A stretch of 61,499 bases of DNA from a virus. Lineage: Duplodnaviria; Heunggongvirae; Uroviricota; Caudoviricetes. Below, one piece after another: positions 29,498 to 39,488 of this stretch (its first letter is position 1; each line of letters starts with the position of its first letter). The stretch is taken from the IMG/VR virus record IMGVR_UViG_3300029288_000054, positions 326,607 through 388,105 of that record. One strand, written 5' to 3'. The notes beneath the pieces were generated by a model that saw only the letters and a program-made list of their open reading frames with translations, was not told the origin of the DNA and ran no database searches. The position numbers and the translations under genes were made by a program.

Positions 29498-31107
29498 GCA
29501 ATGAACTAGAAAATACGATGTTTAAGCTGCCGCTGACGCCAGACGAATTTAACGTCATGCTGCCACCGGCTAAGCTACGTCGCATCGATTTCAGTGCATT
29601 AGATTTCGATACGTCGAGACGCGCGATTATAGAGTATATCCGCACATACTATCCAAACGATTTCAACGATTGGGTTGCCCATAGTGGCATTATGATGCTG
29701 ATTGAAACCCAAGCCAACAACGTAGCAAAGTTGAGCTTAAGGTCTGATCTGCTTTCTAACGAATCGTTTCTTCCAACGTGCCAGACTGAAACTGCTCTTA
29801 TTGAGCATCTTGCACTAATTAATCAAACGATCAAATCACAAACACCTGCAATAGTTGATATAGAGGTTGCTGTACAGTCAGCTCTAACGGTGAACGTCGA
29901 CATCAGTGCCGGTGCCAGATTCACAATAGCAGGCCCAGACGGACAACCAATATATTATGAGTTGTTCCGTGCTCCTGGTGATTTCAAAAGTTCGCTGACT
30001 ATTCCGGCTGGAAAACGCGGCGTGATAGGCTACGGGATTGAGGGAAGATTTGCAGGCCCGGCTAATTTATATAGTCCAGGTGGCCCAAATCAGGCATTTT
30101 CTATCAAAGTGGCTAATATTTTACAAGAGCCTATAACTGTTGATGTTTATACTGGTGAATCGTCAGTATCATGGACAGTTACGACAAATCCGCTTGAAAC
30201 ATATACAGCGGACGCAGAAGTCGTAAATGTCACCTATTATTCTGACAGGATTGATCTACTTTTTGGTGATGATATCAATGGCAAGGCACCTCTCGCTGGC
30301 CAGCAAATCGTAGTCAATTATCGTGTTGGTGGTGGAGTAAGAGGCAGGATCGGAAGCTATGCGATAAATGAGTCAAGGTCTATATCGCCTTCATCGATAG
30401 CAGCGCCAGTCCAAGTTACATTCAGAAATCTAGTCGCAAGCTCTGGCGGCACAGATAGAGAAACAATAGATCAAGCTAAGAAGCGAGCACCACGCGATTT
30501 TGTGGTGAGAGCATTCGCTTCCGATAGACCAGCCAGCATTACTACTAGTTCCGATTATGCACAGGTCGTTAGTAGTTTTGCAAGTCCTGTGTATGGGTCT
30601 GTTGCGAAGGCCGTTGCTACGGTACGCACAGATCTCAACGCAAATTTGGTCGAGTTATATGTGTTGGCGTATGGTGCGGTCGGCTTAGTTACGCCAAGTT
30701 TAGGTCTTAAGCAGGCCGTGCAGACTTATGTTAGTGGATATAATGTACTTACTGATACTGTCAACGTATTAGACGGTGCGATAAAATCGATTACAACTGA
30801 TATGACCGTGGTTGTTAGCAAGAATGCTGATGCCTCAGTTGTTCGCACAAACGTGAATGCAGCTTTGGACTCGTTTTTTAACGTAGATAATAGAGACCTT
30901 GGGCAGCCGTTGTACGTATCAGATGTCATCGAAGCCGTGTCGAAAGTTGATGGTGTTTCATACGTCGATTTGTTCAGCCCAGCAAACAATATCTTGCAAA
31001 CCAATAAACTCGCCGACCCAACTGACACAACTGGTGTTGGTATAAATGAGATTATCGTGGAAGGCGACCGCAACGTGAAGTTCTTCTATGAGAAATCACG
31101 TATCTAA
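29494..31107 (+). CDS. baseplate wedge protein gp6 / baseplate J-like
   Basis: DFSALDFD, FNDW, FGDDINGKAP, YRVGGG, GGTDRETIDQAKKRAP. Confidence 0.9.
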   Translation: MSNELENTMFKLPLTPDEFNVMLPPAKLRRIDFSALDFDTSRRAIIEYIRTYYPNDFNDWVAHSGIMMLIETQANNVAKLSLRSDLLSNESFLPTCQTETALIEHLALINQTIKSQTPAIVDIEVAVQSALTVNVDISAGARFTIAGPDGQPIYYELFRAPGDFKSSLTIPAGKRGVIGYGIEGRFAGPANLYSPGGPNQAFSIKVANILQEPITVDVYTGESSVSWTVTTNPLETYTADAEVVNVTYYSDRIDLLFGDDINGKAPLAGQQIVVNYRVGGGVRGRIGSYAINESRSISPSSIAAPVQVTFRNLVASSGGTDRETIDQAKKRAPRDFVVRAFASDRPASITTSSDYAQVVSSFASPVYGSVAKAVATVRTDLNANLVELYVLAYGAVGLVTPSLGLKQAVQTYVSGYNVLTDTVNVLDGAIKSITTDMTVVVSKNADASVVRTNVNAALDSFFNVDNRDLGQPLYVSDVIEAVSKVDGVSYVDLFSPANNILQTNKLADPTDTTGVGINEIIVEGDRNVKFFYEKSRI

Positions 31108-31113
31108 TCTATC

Positions 31114-31476
31114 ATGAGCATACCAATCGGCCCTGTGCAAGGGAAAATTTGGGGCACGACGCAGAGTATATTTAATCTTAATGGCATAGATGTCAATAGA
31201 TTGATTTCTCTTGCACGTGGTTATTGCTCAGAGCACTGCCACGCATGCAAATTCTCTCGATTCTTCGTTCTTCGAGGGAAGATGAAGGTCACCATTTTTA
31301 GCGGCGAGATTGCAGACGAGATCGTCTTGACAGCGGGGATGTGTACGGATGTACCACCAGGTGTATGGCACAAGTTTGAAGCTCTTGAAGATTCTGACAC
31401 CATCGAAATCTATTGGGTAGTACTAGATAGTAATGACATTGAAAGACGAACTACCGGTGGGATCTCTACCGAATAA
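31114..31476 (+). CDS. cupin-domain protein
   Basis: GKIWG, CSEHCH, PPGVWHKFEA cupin motifs. Confidence 0.8.
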   Translation: MSIPIGPVQGKIWGTTQSIFNLNGIDVNRLISLARGYCSEHCHACKFSRFFVLRGKMKVTIFSGEIADEIVLTAGMCTDVPPGVWHKFEALEDSDTIEIYWVVLDSNDIERRTTGGISTE

Positions 31477-31846
31477 ATCACACGAGCTAACTATAAACGG
31501 TAAAATCATCCCGATGTGGTTGATCGTATTCGACCAAGATCCGACGAAAGCGTACTTATGCACATCGAAGAATAAAGTCTTAGCTTCTGTCGAGGGAGCG
31601 ATTCGTGGCACATACGGCGATGAATCTGACTTGTTGGCTCCGCCAGTTATTCGCGAGATAGAAAGAACTTGGGGGCAATCATTTATTAGCTTGCGATGTC
31701 CTCCGTCTCTAGATCTCTTCATTCATCGATTAGAGATCGATAAACATAATCCCATATGTAGGATATTATTGGAGTGCTATGATGCACTACCATACGATGC
31801 GTTGCGAGCTAAGATAGCACAACTATTCGTCGACGCACCGGCTTAA
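31433..31846 (+). CDS. hypothetical protein
   Basis: ORF; start uncertain (may be 31513). Confidence 0.5.
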   Translation: MTLKDELPVGSLPNKSHELTINGKIIPMWLIVFDQDPTKAYLCTSKNKVLASVEGAIRGTYGDESDLLAPPVIREIERTWGQSFISLRCPPSLDLFIHRLEIDKHNPICRILLECYDALPYDALRAKIAQLFVDAPA

Positions 31847-32136
31847 GCAGATATCTCCTCTATTATCTTACGCTTTAGATCACGCAGTACGCTTGCCAAG
31901 ATCGATGCTTGATCGTATATATGACCGTGGTTGTAAATGAAAGGAGTTGTCGGGTTTTCAGCATCGACGACGATAGCTATCGCAATAGGTACTTTGGCTT
32001 CTTCGCAAACTGTGCGGAATTGAGTCATAAAAAAGCCAAATCGCTGTTCAAACTCTACCCGTGCGTCAATCAGTGGTGCTTCCTCAGCGACTTTTTCTTG
32101 GGGTTTCTTAATGTTGTCTTTCTCTGATTTTGCCAT
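31843..32136 (-). CDS. hypothetical protein (97 aa)
   Basis: Protein-like ORF with a 4-bp convergent stop overlap. Confidence 0.55.
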   Translation of the reverse strand: MAKSEKDNIKKPQEKVAEEAPLIDARVEFEQRFGFFMTQFRTVCEEAKVPIAIAIVVDAENPTTPFIYNHGHIYDQASILASVLRDLKRKIIEEISA

Positions 32137-32178
32137 GAGTGTCTTCTTGTATTAGAGTGGTATCAAAAGGCTAACTAC

Positions 32179-32853
32179 ATGACTCAAATACTAGAACCTC
32201 CCACAACTACGATGCGAACGTGGAAGTGGTGTCAAGAAGCGTTCGCGGCGCAGGGCGTAAAATTAACATTCCCAAAGAATACCGACCCGAAAAAGACCTA
32301 TCAATGGAGATATGTCACAAGGTTAGCAAACAAAATAGACGAATGGGAATTGGATAAGCCAACGGCGAGAGCATTCATTCACTTCGCCGTTGGTTATATG
32401 AAAGAGAAGAAATTACTACATAAAGGTCTATCTGTGTTCTTTCAAGGCAACATGATGGATGTATGCTTTGATCGTATGCAGAAGTATGCGTCTGGTTCCT
32501 CGAATCGTCTTACGCAGATAATTACCTCACATAAATTTGTCAGTGATAGGTGTAATGGTAAATCTGCTGTGACTTTGCTACTCAATCGCGAGTCATTCGG
32601 CAAGTTGCGAAACATTGTAAGGTGGTATAAAAGTGGCGACATCGCTGAAGCGTATTTATCTATATCGATTGTGTGCACTGAAGCTTTATCAAAGCTCGCA
32701 ATAGTCGCGCCACACGAACGTATCTTACTACCGACAGAATCAGAATTGTACTGTTTGGCCATCAATCTTACGAAAGATGGCGACTTTAGATCAAAAGCGA
32801 AATCAATATTGGATAATGACTGGAGAATGACGCTGTGCCAACAACAACGATAG
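32179..32853 (+). CDS. hypothetical protein
   Basis: 224-aa ORF upstream of the RNR. Confidence 0.6.
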   Translation: MTQILEPPTTTMRTWKWCQEAFAAQGVKLTFPKNTDPKKTYQWRYVTRLANKIDEWELDKPTARAFIHFAVGYMKEKKLLHKGLSVFFQGNMMDVCFDRMQKYASGSSNRLTQIITSHKFVSDRCNGKSAVTLLLNRESFGKLRNIVRWYKSGDIAEAYLSISIVCTEALSKLAIVAPHERILLPTESELYCLAINLTKDGDFRSKAKSILDNDWRMTLCQQQR

Positions 32854-34958
32854 CCAAGCCAACATCAAAAGCTTACAAAAATCCGGTTTCCAAAAATGGA
32901 CGCAAGACGGTGAATGATGATTCGCCGTTTAAGCTGGACCCGGCATTCATCGCGAAGTTTACAGGCAAAAAGCCCAAATTTGGATACAACGGCCTTGGTG
33001 AGTTCGTTTTCTATCGCACTTACTCGCGTCTCAAGGAAGATGGTACCAAGGAGACGTTTGTTGACATGCTGCAGCGCGTCGTTGAAGGCTGCTACGAAAT
33101 TCAGCGTGTATGGTGCAGTAAGAGTAAGAATGACAAGAATAAGAATGAGAGCGAGAGTGGTAAAGAAAATATCGCTTTCGGCGGTATGGCATTGCCGTGG
33201 ACTCGATCAAAAGCCCAAAAGTCCGCACAAGAAATGTTCCAGCGTATGTGGGACTTCAAATTTTTACCTCCTGGCCGTGGCCTGTGGGTAATGGGTACTC
33301 CGCATATGTGGAAGCTTGGTAGTGCATCTCTGAACAATTGTGGATATTGTAGCACCAAGGATGTTGATGAAGATCCAGCATGGCCATTCTGCTTTGTTAT
33401 GGATATGTCGATGCTTGGTGTAGGTGTTGGTTTTGACACACGTGGCGCGAACAAAATCACCGTTGTGAAGCCACACGATACAGATACTCCGTGGGAAATC
33501 GAAGATTCGCGTGAGGGCTGGGTTGACTCATTACGAGTATTGATTGAATCATTCACAAACCGTCCAGAACTTGGGACAATTAAGTTTGATTATTCTCTTG
33601 TTCGACCTGCTGGGTCTGAAATCAAGGGATTTGGTGGTAAGGCTAGCGGGCCTGATACCTTGCACGAGCTGCATAAGATGGTCGCACACCATTTTAGTAA
33701 TATCCTACGACGTAAGAGTCAGCTTCTAACTAGCGTCGATATTGTCGACTTTATGAACTTTATTGGCAGATGCGTAGTCGCTGGTAATGTTCGCAGATCG
33801 AGCGAGATTGCATTAGGTGATCCTGCTGATTGGGATTATATGACGATGAAGGATAAGACTCTCCACAGCGAGCAGTTAATGTCTCATCGTTGGGCATCAA
33901 ACAATTCAATTTTCGCTACGGTTGGAATGGATTACCACAATGTAGCAAAACAGATTGCCGAGAATGGTGAGCCCGGATGTTTATGGCTCGATAATGTGCA
34001 GAATTATGGTCGTATGGTTGACGGTCGCCAAGAAGGCATCGACAAGAGAGCACTTGGAACAAACCCATGCGGCGAACAATCGCTAGAAGACGCCGAACTC
34101 TGCTGCTTGTGTGAGACGTTCCCTGCTCATCACGAAGATGCTGAAGACTACCATCGAACGCTGAAATTCGCATATCTATATGCCAAGACGGTTACGCTAT
34201 TGCCGACGCACTGCAAGAAGACCAATGCGGTTTTGCTGCGTAATAGACGTATCGGCTTGTCGCAGAGCGGTATCATTCAAGCGTTTGCCAAGTTTGGTCG
34301 ACGTAAGGTTCTAACGGACTTCTGCGGTAAAGGGTATGAAGTTGTCCGCAAGTGGGACGAGATTTATTCTGAATGGTTGTGTGTAAGTAAATCTCTCAAA
34401 TGCACTAGTGTGAAGCCAAGCGGCTCGGTATCATTAGTAGCTGGTGCTACGGCTGGTATCCATTTTACAATCGCACCAACGCGATCGTACTGGCGAAATG
34501 TCCGCGTTTCCAGTGAGAGTGCACTGCTCAAGGCGGTCATCGAAGCCGGATATCATGTTGAAGAGTGTATCACAGATAGCAAGACCAGCATCGTGCGTTT
34601 TGGTGTGTCAGAGCCAGACATCCCATCAGTGTGCGAAATTTCGATCTGGCAGCAAATGAAAAATGCTGTTGATTATCAACGATATTGGGCTGATAACCAG
34701 ATATCATGCACAATCCAATTCAGGCCAGAAGAAGCGAAGGATTTACCGTACGTCTTGGAAGAGTTCGACGACGAACTTAAGGGGATCAGCTTCCTGCCAT
34801 ATCTCGATCACGGTTTCCCGCAATCGCCATATCAGCCAGCTACATCAGCGGAAGTTGCAGCATATAACGCTAAGCTTAAGCCGCTTGACTTCGACAAATA
34901 CTTCATGGAAGATGCTGTCGGGACGAAATTCTGCGACGGCGATGTCTGCCAGATTTAG
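32835..34958 (+). CDS. nrdJ: class II (adenosylcobalamin-dependent) ribonucleotide reductase
   Basis: FYRTYSR, LPPGRGLW, SLNNC, VVAGNVRRS, TNPCGEQ, VKPSGSVS, C-terminal FCDGDVC; no beta subunit nearby. Confidence 0.93.
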   Translation: MPTTTIAKPTSKAYKNPVSKNGRKTVNDDSPFKLDPAFIAKFTGKKPKFGYNGLGEFVFYRTYSRLKEDGTKETFVDMLQRVVEGCYEIQRVWCSKSKNDKNKNESESGKENIAFGGMALPWTRSKAQKSAQEMFQRMWDFKFLPPGRGLWVMGTPHMWKLGSASLNNCGYCSTKDVDEDPAWPFCFVMDMSMLGVGVGFDTRGANKITVVKPHDTDTPWEIEDSREGWVDSLRVLIESFTNRPELGTIKFDYSLVRPAGSEIKGFGGKASGPDTLHELHKMVAHHFSNILRRKSQLLTSVDIVDFMNFIGRCVVAGNVRRSSEIALGDPADWDYMTMKDKTLHSEQLMSHRWASNNSIFATVGMDYHNVAKQIAENGEPGCLWLDNVQNYGRMVDGRQEGIDKRALGTNPCGEQSLEDAELCCLCETFPAHHEDAEDYHRTLKFAYLYAKTVTLLPTHCKKTNAVLLRNRRIGLSQSGIIQAFAKFGRRKVLTDFCGKGYEVVRKWDEIYSEWLCVSKSLKCTSVKPSGSVSLVAGATAGIHFTIAPTRSYWRNVRVSSESALLKAVIEAGYHVEECITDSKTSIVRFGVSEPDIPSVCEISIWQQMKNAVDYQRYWADNQISCTIQFRPEEAKDLPYVLEEFDDELKGISFLPYLDHGFPQSPYQPATSAEVAAYNAKLKPLDFDKYFMEDAVGTKFCDGDVCQI

Positions 34959-34972
34959 AATAGCGTGATAAT

Positions 34973-35155
34973 ATGAGCCCAGTCAGAGGTTTTATGGCGG
35001 CTCCGCCAGGCGGTGAGCCAATGTATATGATAGGCGAACACTGGTACAATCAAGTGGACGTTGATGCGATCTGCACCGGAAAGAAACCTTACATTTTAGA
35101 TGACGGTACCGAGTGCTTTTGGGATGGAAACGCTTGGTCGAATAGAACCAATTAG
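34973..35155 (+). CDS. small hypothetical protein
   Basis: 60-aa ORF. Confidence 0.4.
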   Translation: MSPVRGFMAAPPGGEPMYMIGEHWYNQVDVDAICTGKKPYILDDGTECFWDGNAWSNRTN

Positions 35156-36771
35156 AACAGTTTCTTTTGCCCCGGTAGATCTCTCGATTTTATTCTTGGT
35201 CTGTGAAATCGAGATTTGATAAATTTCTCACCATCAACGCTGCAGTCATTGAAAATAACTTTTGAGGCGTAACCAGCAGAGACGGCTGCTTTGAATCGCT
35301 TTCTTGAGTGTGCATAGAGATATTTATTGCACATGAAGTAGATGTCGAATATTCTAGCGCTGCCTTTTTGATTTACTCTAGCTGCTCTGGCTACACGCTG
35401 TTTGAACTCTGATGCTAGCTTGCCGCCCGTTGCCAATATCAGATTCTCACATCCGCCTTTGAGATCTAAACCGCGTCTGACGTTCTTACCACCAATTAGA
35501 ACCTTCAATTTGCGTGATTCGAAGTCTTTAAGGATTTCAGGTCTTCTCTTTCTTGATGTCTCTCCGTGGATGAATTCTGAATCAGGGATCAGTTTTTGTA
35601 GTGCGTACCCTAGGTCGTCGCGTTCGACCAGGACCAATGTACCTTCATCGGTGAATCGTTTGCACAATGCGGCAATAAATTTATGGAACTTCTCATTATA
35701 GACCATCATTTCATTGACGGCTATGTCGAACGCAGAGGCATCGTCTTTGTTGCCGTCTTCACCGAAAGCAAGAGCGAAGTATGAGATAGGCACAGTCAAG
35801 CCAGTCTTCTCAACTGCTTCTCTGTTTTGGATGTAAATAACCGATCCCATATGCTCTTGTAATACAAGATTCTCAACAGGCTTATCGGCATCATATGGAG
35901 TGCCTGTCATCCCATATCTTCTGCGGCCATTAAACCAGAATCTGAATAGACTTTTATATGTTGATGATGTGGCGAGATCACATTCGTCTACTATTAGCAT
36001 TTCGCATGTACCGATCAGCTTATGTAATGCTTCGGCCTTCTTACATCTACTGCGAAATCCTTTGAGCTTGATCTCGAAATTCTTATACGCCTTTTCGAAT
36101 TTCTTTTGAGCTGTTCCAGATTTGCTATCCTTGAAGTTTTCAAGTAGGGGCTTTTCTGGGCGATGCTTTGGTTTGACCAATGACTGTATCGATCCGATAA
36201 TAATTAGCTGTCCAGACGGCATCTTACCAGCATAGAATAATCCTGGCTCGGAGCAGACCTCGCGTATCAATAGCCGCTGCTTAAGCTGTTCAATAACCTG
36301 AATTTGCTCTGCTATGATTACTGTTGGGCATGGCATCGCCTTGCAAATTCCAGCTATTAATTCTCCCTTGCCGCCACCCATCGAGACATTGACAACTCCA
36401 ACTTCTGTCTTATAGATAGTCTTGATGGCTTCGATCTGGAATGGCTTTAATTGGATGCCAGGCAAGAAATCTTCAGTAATGAGAGAGGAATCAATTGGCT
36501 TATATTTTGATTTTGGTCTTTTATCGATGACAACTAGCTGCAAGCCCTTTTCTTTACACAATGCACGCAATTCTCCAAGAAATGGTCGTGCTATAGTTTG
36601 ATTGGCTCTATTGTATTTATGGTAGACCCCATCCCAACTTGAACCGCCAGACACATCAATATATCTCGCACTTGGGCGTGATGCACTGAATCTAGCATCA
36701 ATAATTTCTTCTTCCCAAGCGGTCAGATTTGTTAGCTGAATAGTCTTATTTGTGATTATCTTAGCAATCAT
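35152..36771 (-). CDS. uvsW: SF2 DNA helicase, UvsW-like
   Basis: GGGKG, IVDECD, GMTGTP, FIHGET, RGLDL, QRVARAAR. Confidence 0.85.
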   Translation of the reverse strand: MIAKIITNKTIQLTNLTAWEEEIIDARFSASRPSARYIDVSGGSSWDGVYHKYNRANQTIARPFLGELRALCKEKGLQLVVIDKRPKSKYKPIDSSLITEDFLPGIQLKPFQIEAIKTIYKTEVGVVNVSMGGGKGELIAGICKAMPCPTVIIAEQIQVIEQLKQRLLIREVCSEPGLFYAGKMPSGQLIIIGSIQSLVKPKHRPEKPLLENFKDSKSGTAQKKFEKAYKNFEIKLKGFRSRCKKAEALHKLIGTCEMLIVDECDLATSSTYKSLFRFWFNGRRRYGMTGTPYDADKPVENLVLQEHMGSVIYIQNREAVEKTGLTVPISYFALAFGEDGNKDDASAFDIAVNEMMVYNEKFHKFIAALCKRFTDEGTLVLVERDDLGYALQKLIPDSEFIHGETSRKRRPEILKDFESRKLKVLIGGKNVRRGLDLKGGCENLILATGGKLASEFKQRVARAARVNQKGSARIFDIYFMCNKYLYAHSRKRFKAAVSAGYASKVIFNDCSVDGEKFIKSRFHRPRIKSRDLPGQKKLF

Positions 36772-36858
36772 GGTCCGTCTTTTGTTGCCGCATATTTGGA
36801 TACACTCCCTAAAATACTTGACGCTCCAAGAAGTAAATAGTTTTTGGAGGACCCTATT

Positions 36859-37893
36859 ATGTTGATAGAAGAAGATCTAGACGTTGCTGATTTAGATGAA
36901 TTGACGGAGTTCCAATCGGAGGACGTAGAGGACGTCCTGCCCGATGACCCTGGACTTTTATCGAAGAAGCACTACTTCATCAACGAGATCGTAGAAGACA
37001 AGCTTCGCAGATATATCTGGACCAATTGCACTGATGTCGCCATACGCGATTCTATAATGACCCACGCTCCAGAATTAATCAAGCAGATCATCAGGAAGCA
37101 GAATCTGCACATGATTTATCCGGGGCAGGAAGAATCTGCTTTCGGCGATTTAGTCCAAACCGCATGGGTTCAGGTTGAACGAACATTATATAAATTCAGG
37201 GCCAAACCGCACTGCAGAAATTGCTATAATCCAGATAGACCTATTAGCTCGGCACTCTACATCCCAGCCGAGTCAGAATATAGTATTATTACATTCGATC
37301 AACTATTCGACCCCAAATATTGTCCCTCTGGTAGTAAGAAATTCGTCATCGGTCGCAGTGGTAGGAATCCTCCTAAATGTCCATATTGTGGTATTACTCT
37401 AAGTTCCCATCCAGATGTAGAACCTAAGCAGGGCACTTTTGGTGGATCGGTGACGGTCTTGTTCCGTGGTAACTCCAAAGTCTTTAATATGTGGAGCCAA
37501 GTTAGCAGGACTGTAATTCTAGCCTTTGTGAAAAAGGAAGGACGCGATAGGAAGAACGCCACGGCATATAAGGATCATCTGTGTAGTGCGAATAGAGTTG
37601 ACGAGGATCGTCTTAAGAGATTCTTCACGGAGGCATCTCAAATATGCAAACATAATAGGGATCATATGCGGTGCATAGAGGCACTATGTCATGTGATCAA
37701 AACAGACGACAAGCCGTATGACGGTCTGATTGGGAAATTGGTAGAACATTCTGGCTTGTCACGTGTCCAAGTCAATGGCTTCATAAAACTGCTACGGCTC
37801 CGCAGTCATGAGTTTACAGACTCGCCTCTAAGCCATGAGAGTGAGCATGACAAGCAGTTGAAGAAGCAGTTCCTTTGCCAAGATGAGGAATAA
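36859..37893 (+). CDS. gp55-like late sigma factor with Zn-ribbon insertion
   Basis: GGAGG SD; KKHYFINE, DLVQTAWVQVERTLYKF and KVFNMWSQVSRTVILAFVKKE resemble sigma region 2 of gp55-like proteins; next to uvsW. Confidence 0.6.
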   Translation: MLIEEDLDVADLDELTEFQSEDVEDVLPDDPGLLSKKHYFINEIVEDKLRRYIWTNCTDVAIRDSIMTHAPELIKQIIRKQNLHMIYPGQEESAFGDLVQTAWVQVERTLYKFRAKPHCRNCYNPDRPISSALYIPAESEYSIITFDQLFDPKYCPSGSKKFVIGRSGRNPPKCPYCGITLSSHPDVEPKQGTFGGSVTVLFRGNSKVFNMWSQVSRTVILAFVKKEGRDRKNATAYKDHLCSANRVDEDRLKRFFTEASQICKHNRDHMRCIEALCHVIKTDDKPYDGLIGKLVEHSGLSRVQVNGFIKLLRLRSHEFTDSPLSHESEHDKQLKKQFLCQDEE

Positions 37894-37894
37894 T

Positions 37895-38920
37895 ATGCCG
37901 AATTTCGCATCACCATTTTCAGAACCTCTGAATGGCAGGAAACTGACCACCGAAGAACTTATTAGAGCTATCCGATTCGTTATAGCTGCTGAATATGAGG
38001 CAGCGCAGATGTACATGCAGATCGTCGAAGCTACAGATAATGAACTCGTTAAGAAGGTTTTGACGAGTGTAACTGACGAGGAGCGTGTTCATGCCGGAGA
38101 ATTTCTAAAGGTTCTGCATGAGCTAGCTCCAGATGAGGCGGAACACTATAAAGAGGGTGAGAAGGAAGTCAAGAAAGAAATCAAGAAAGACGAAACGCCA
38201 GAGGTAGCAGAATCGGTTGAACCTCCCAAGGATATCTGCCCTATCTGTAATGAAAAATCAGTCTCTCGGTGTCGCTGTGGAAATGTCGTTAGGCATACAA
38301 CCGAAGATCTTGAAAAGGGGCACGGGCTGCGTTGTCCTAATGGCCATATCTGGTCTTACCAAACTGCAGACAATAAGCTACTTCTTGGTGTTGATCTTAA
38401 CACATGCTGTGATGCAACTCCTGTTAGCGAATCAGTCAGGAACATATTGCGGATGATTGATGAAAAAACGATAACTGCAGAAGACTTCAACCGATTTATA
38501 GCCGAAACCAGTCCGACCAGTCTTAATAAACGAGTACAGCGGCAGATGAAGCATGATAAAATCGGGCCGCAATCATCTAGCCTTGGACGTCAAGTAGACG
38601 ACAAAACAGACCACGAACCAGGGCAACACAATGATCCGACCACTACTCTGCGTGGTAAGAGTGCTTTGCGAAAACAAATCAAGCGTAATAAAGCTCATCC
38701 AGAGCAGTTTCGAGAGGCTATGGAGTTTCTCGAATCGAATCGCTGTAAGCCGCTAGCAGAGTGTCAAGCCAAATTGGTTAATATAACGAACCCGGTAGCA
38801 CTACAAAGGCTCACGACAGTGCTCGCTAAAAGACCTGGTATGAATAAAGAATGGCAGGACTGGCTTGTTGGTCTTGATGCTGCGATATCAAAACACTATG
38901 GGAAAGAGATCAATGGTTGA
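37895..38920 (+). CDS. ferritin-like (rubrerythrin/EncFtn-type) domain fused to Zn-finger and unknown region
   Basis: LIRAIRFVIAAEYEAAQMY...DEERVHAGEF; CPIC..CRC..CPNGHIW. Confidence 0.8.
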   Translation: MPNFASPFSEPLNGRKLTTEELIRAIRFVIAAEYEAAQMYMQIVEATDNELVKKVLTSVTDEERVHAGEFLKVLHELAPDEAEHYKEGEKEVKKEIKKDETPEVAESVEPPKDICPICNEKSVSRCRCGNVVRHTTEDLEKGHGLRCPNGHIWSYQTADNKLLLGVDLNTCCDATPVSESVRNILRMIDEKTITAEDFNRFIAETSPTSLNKRVQRQMKHDKIGPQSSSLGRQVDDKTDHEPGQHNDPTTTLRGKSALRKQIKRNKAHPEQFREAMEFLESNRCKPLAECQAKLVNITNPVALQRLTTVLAKRPGMNKEWQDWLVGLDAAISKHYGKEING

Positions 38921-39488
38921 AGTATCTGTCCAGGGCATGGACGATGAATTGCAATCTCTATTGGCTGATCTAGAGCAACCCGAAGAACCATTTGCTGACG
39001 CTACGAGCGAAGCAACTAATGGTGATGAGGTCGAAGTTGCGGCAGCAAGCACAGAGCTGATTATTCCAGATCCAGAGTTAACCGACGCTACAACAGATAT
39101 AAGTGAGGCAGAGCCATCCGATTTACCACTAACATCTGATCCGGCTCCTGCTAATTCTGAACTTAAGGCGGTTGTCGACAAGTTCGATCACGACTACGGT
39201 GAAGTTCAGACTAATCTGAAAAGCGATCGGAAGAAAATCGATAGTGTGATTGATATATTATTAGCCCGTGTTAGAGCAAATACCGACGCTGAAACAGATA
39301 CGATGTCTCTTGTCAAGGCGCTTGGTGTTCTAGCTGATACGAACGGCCATGCTGTGAAGCTATTAGATTCTCGTTCGAAATTACTCGCTGCTACCAAGAG
39401 CACCCTTAACGCAAATCAAACCAACATCAATATTACTGGCGTCGATGCAGAGTTGCAAAAGATATTAGACCAGCCATCGGACGGATAA
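38913..39488 (+). CDS. putative terminase small subunit
   Basis: Acidic N-terminus, helical core, NQTNINI tail; coupled to terL. Confidence 0.55.
   Translation: MVEVSVQGMDDELQSLLADLEQPEEPFADATSEATNGDEVEVAAASTELIIPDPELTDATTDISEAEPSDLPLTSDPAPANSELKAVVDKFDHDYGEVQTNLKSDRKKIDSVIDILLARVRANTDAETDTMSLVKALGVLADTNGHAVKLLDSRSKLLAATKSTLNANQTNINITGVDAELQKILDQPSDG

Noticed and set aside
5722-31107. Bacterial extracellular contractile injection system or tailocin
   Set aside because: Capsid, portal, terminase, neck and replication genes show a complete phage
37198-37476. Possible mini-intein in the sigma factor (insert ends FRGN-S)
   Set aside because: Too short, no N-terminal Cys/Ser block A or TxxH block B; CxxC pairs fit a Zn ribbon better
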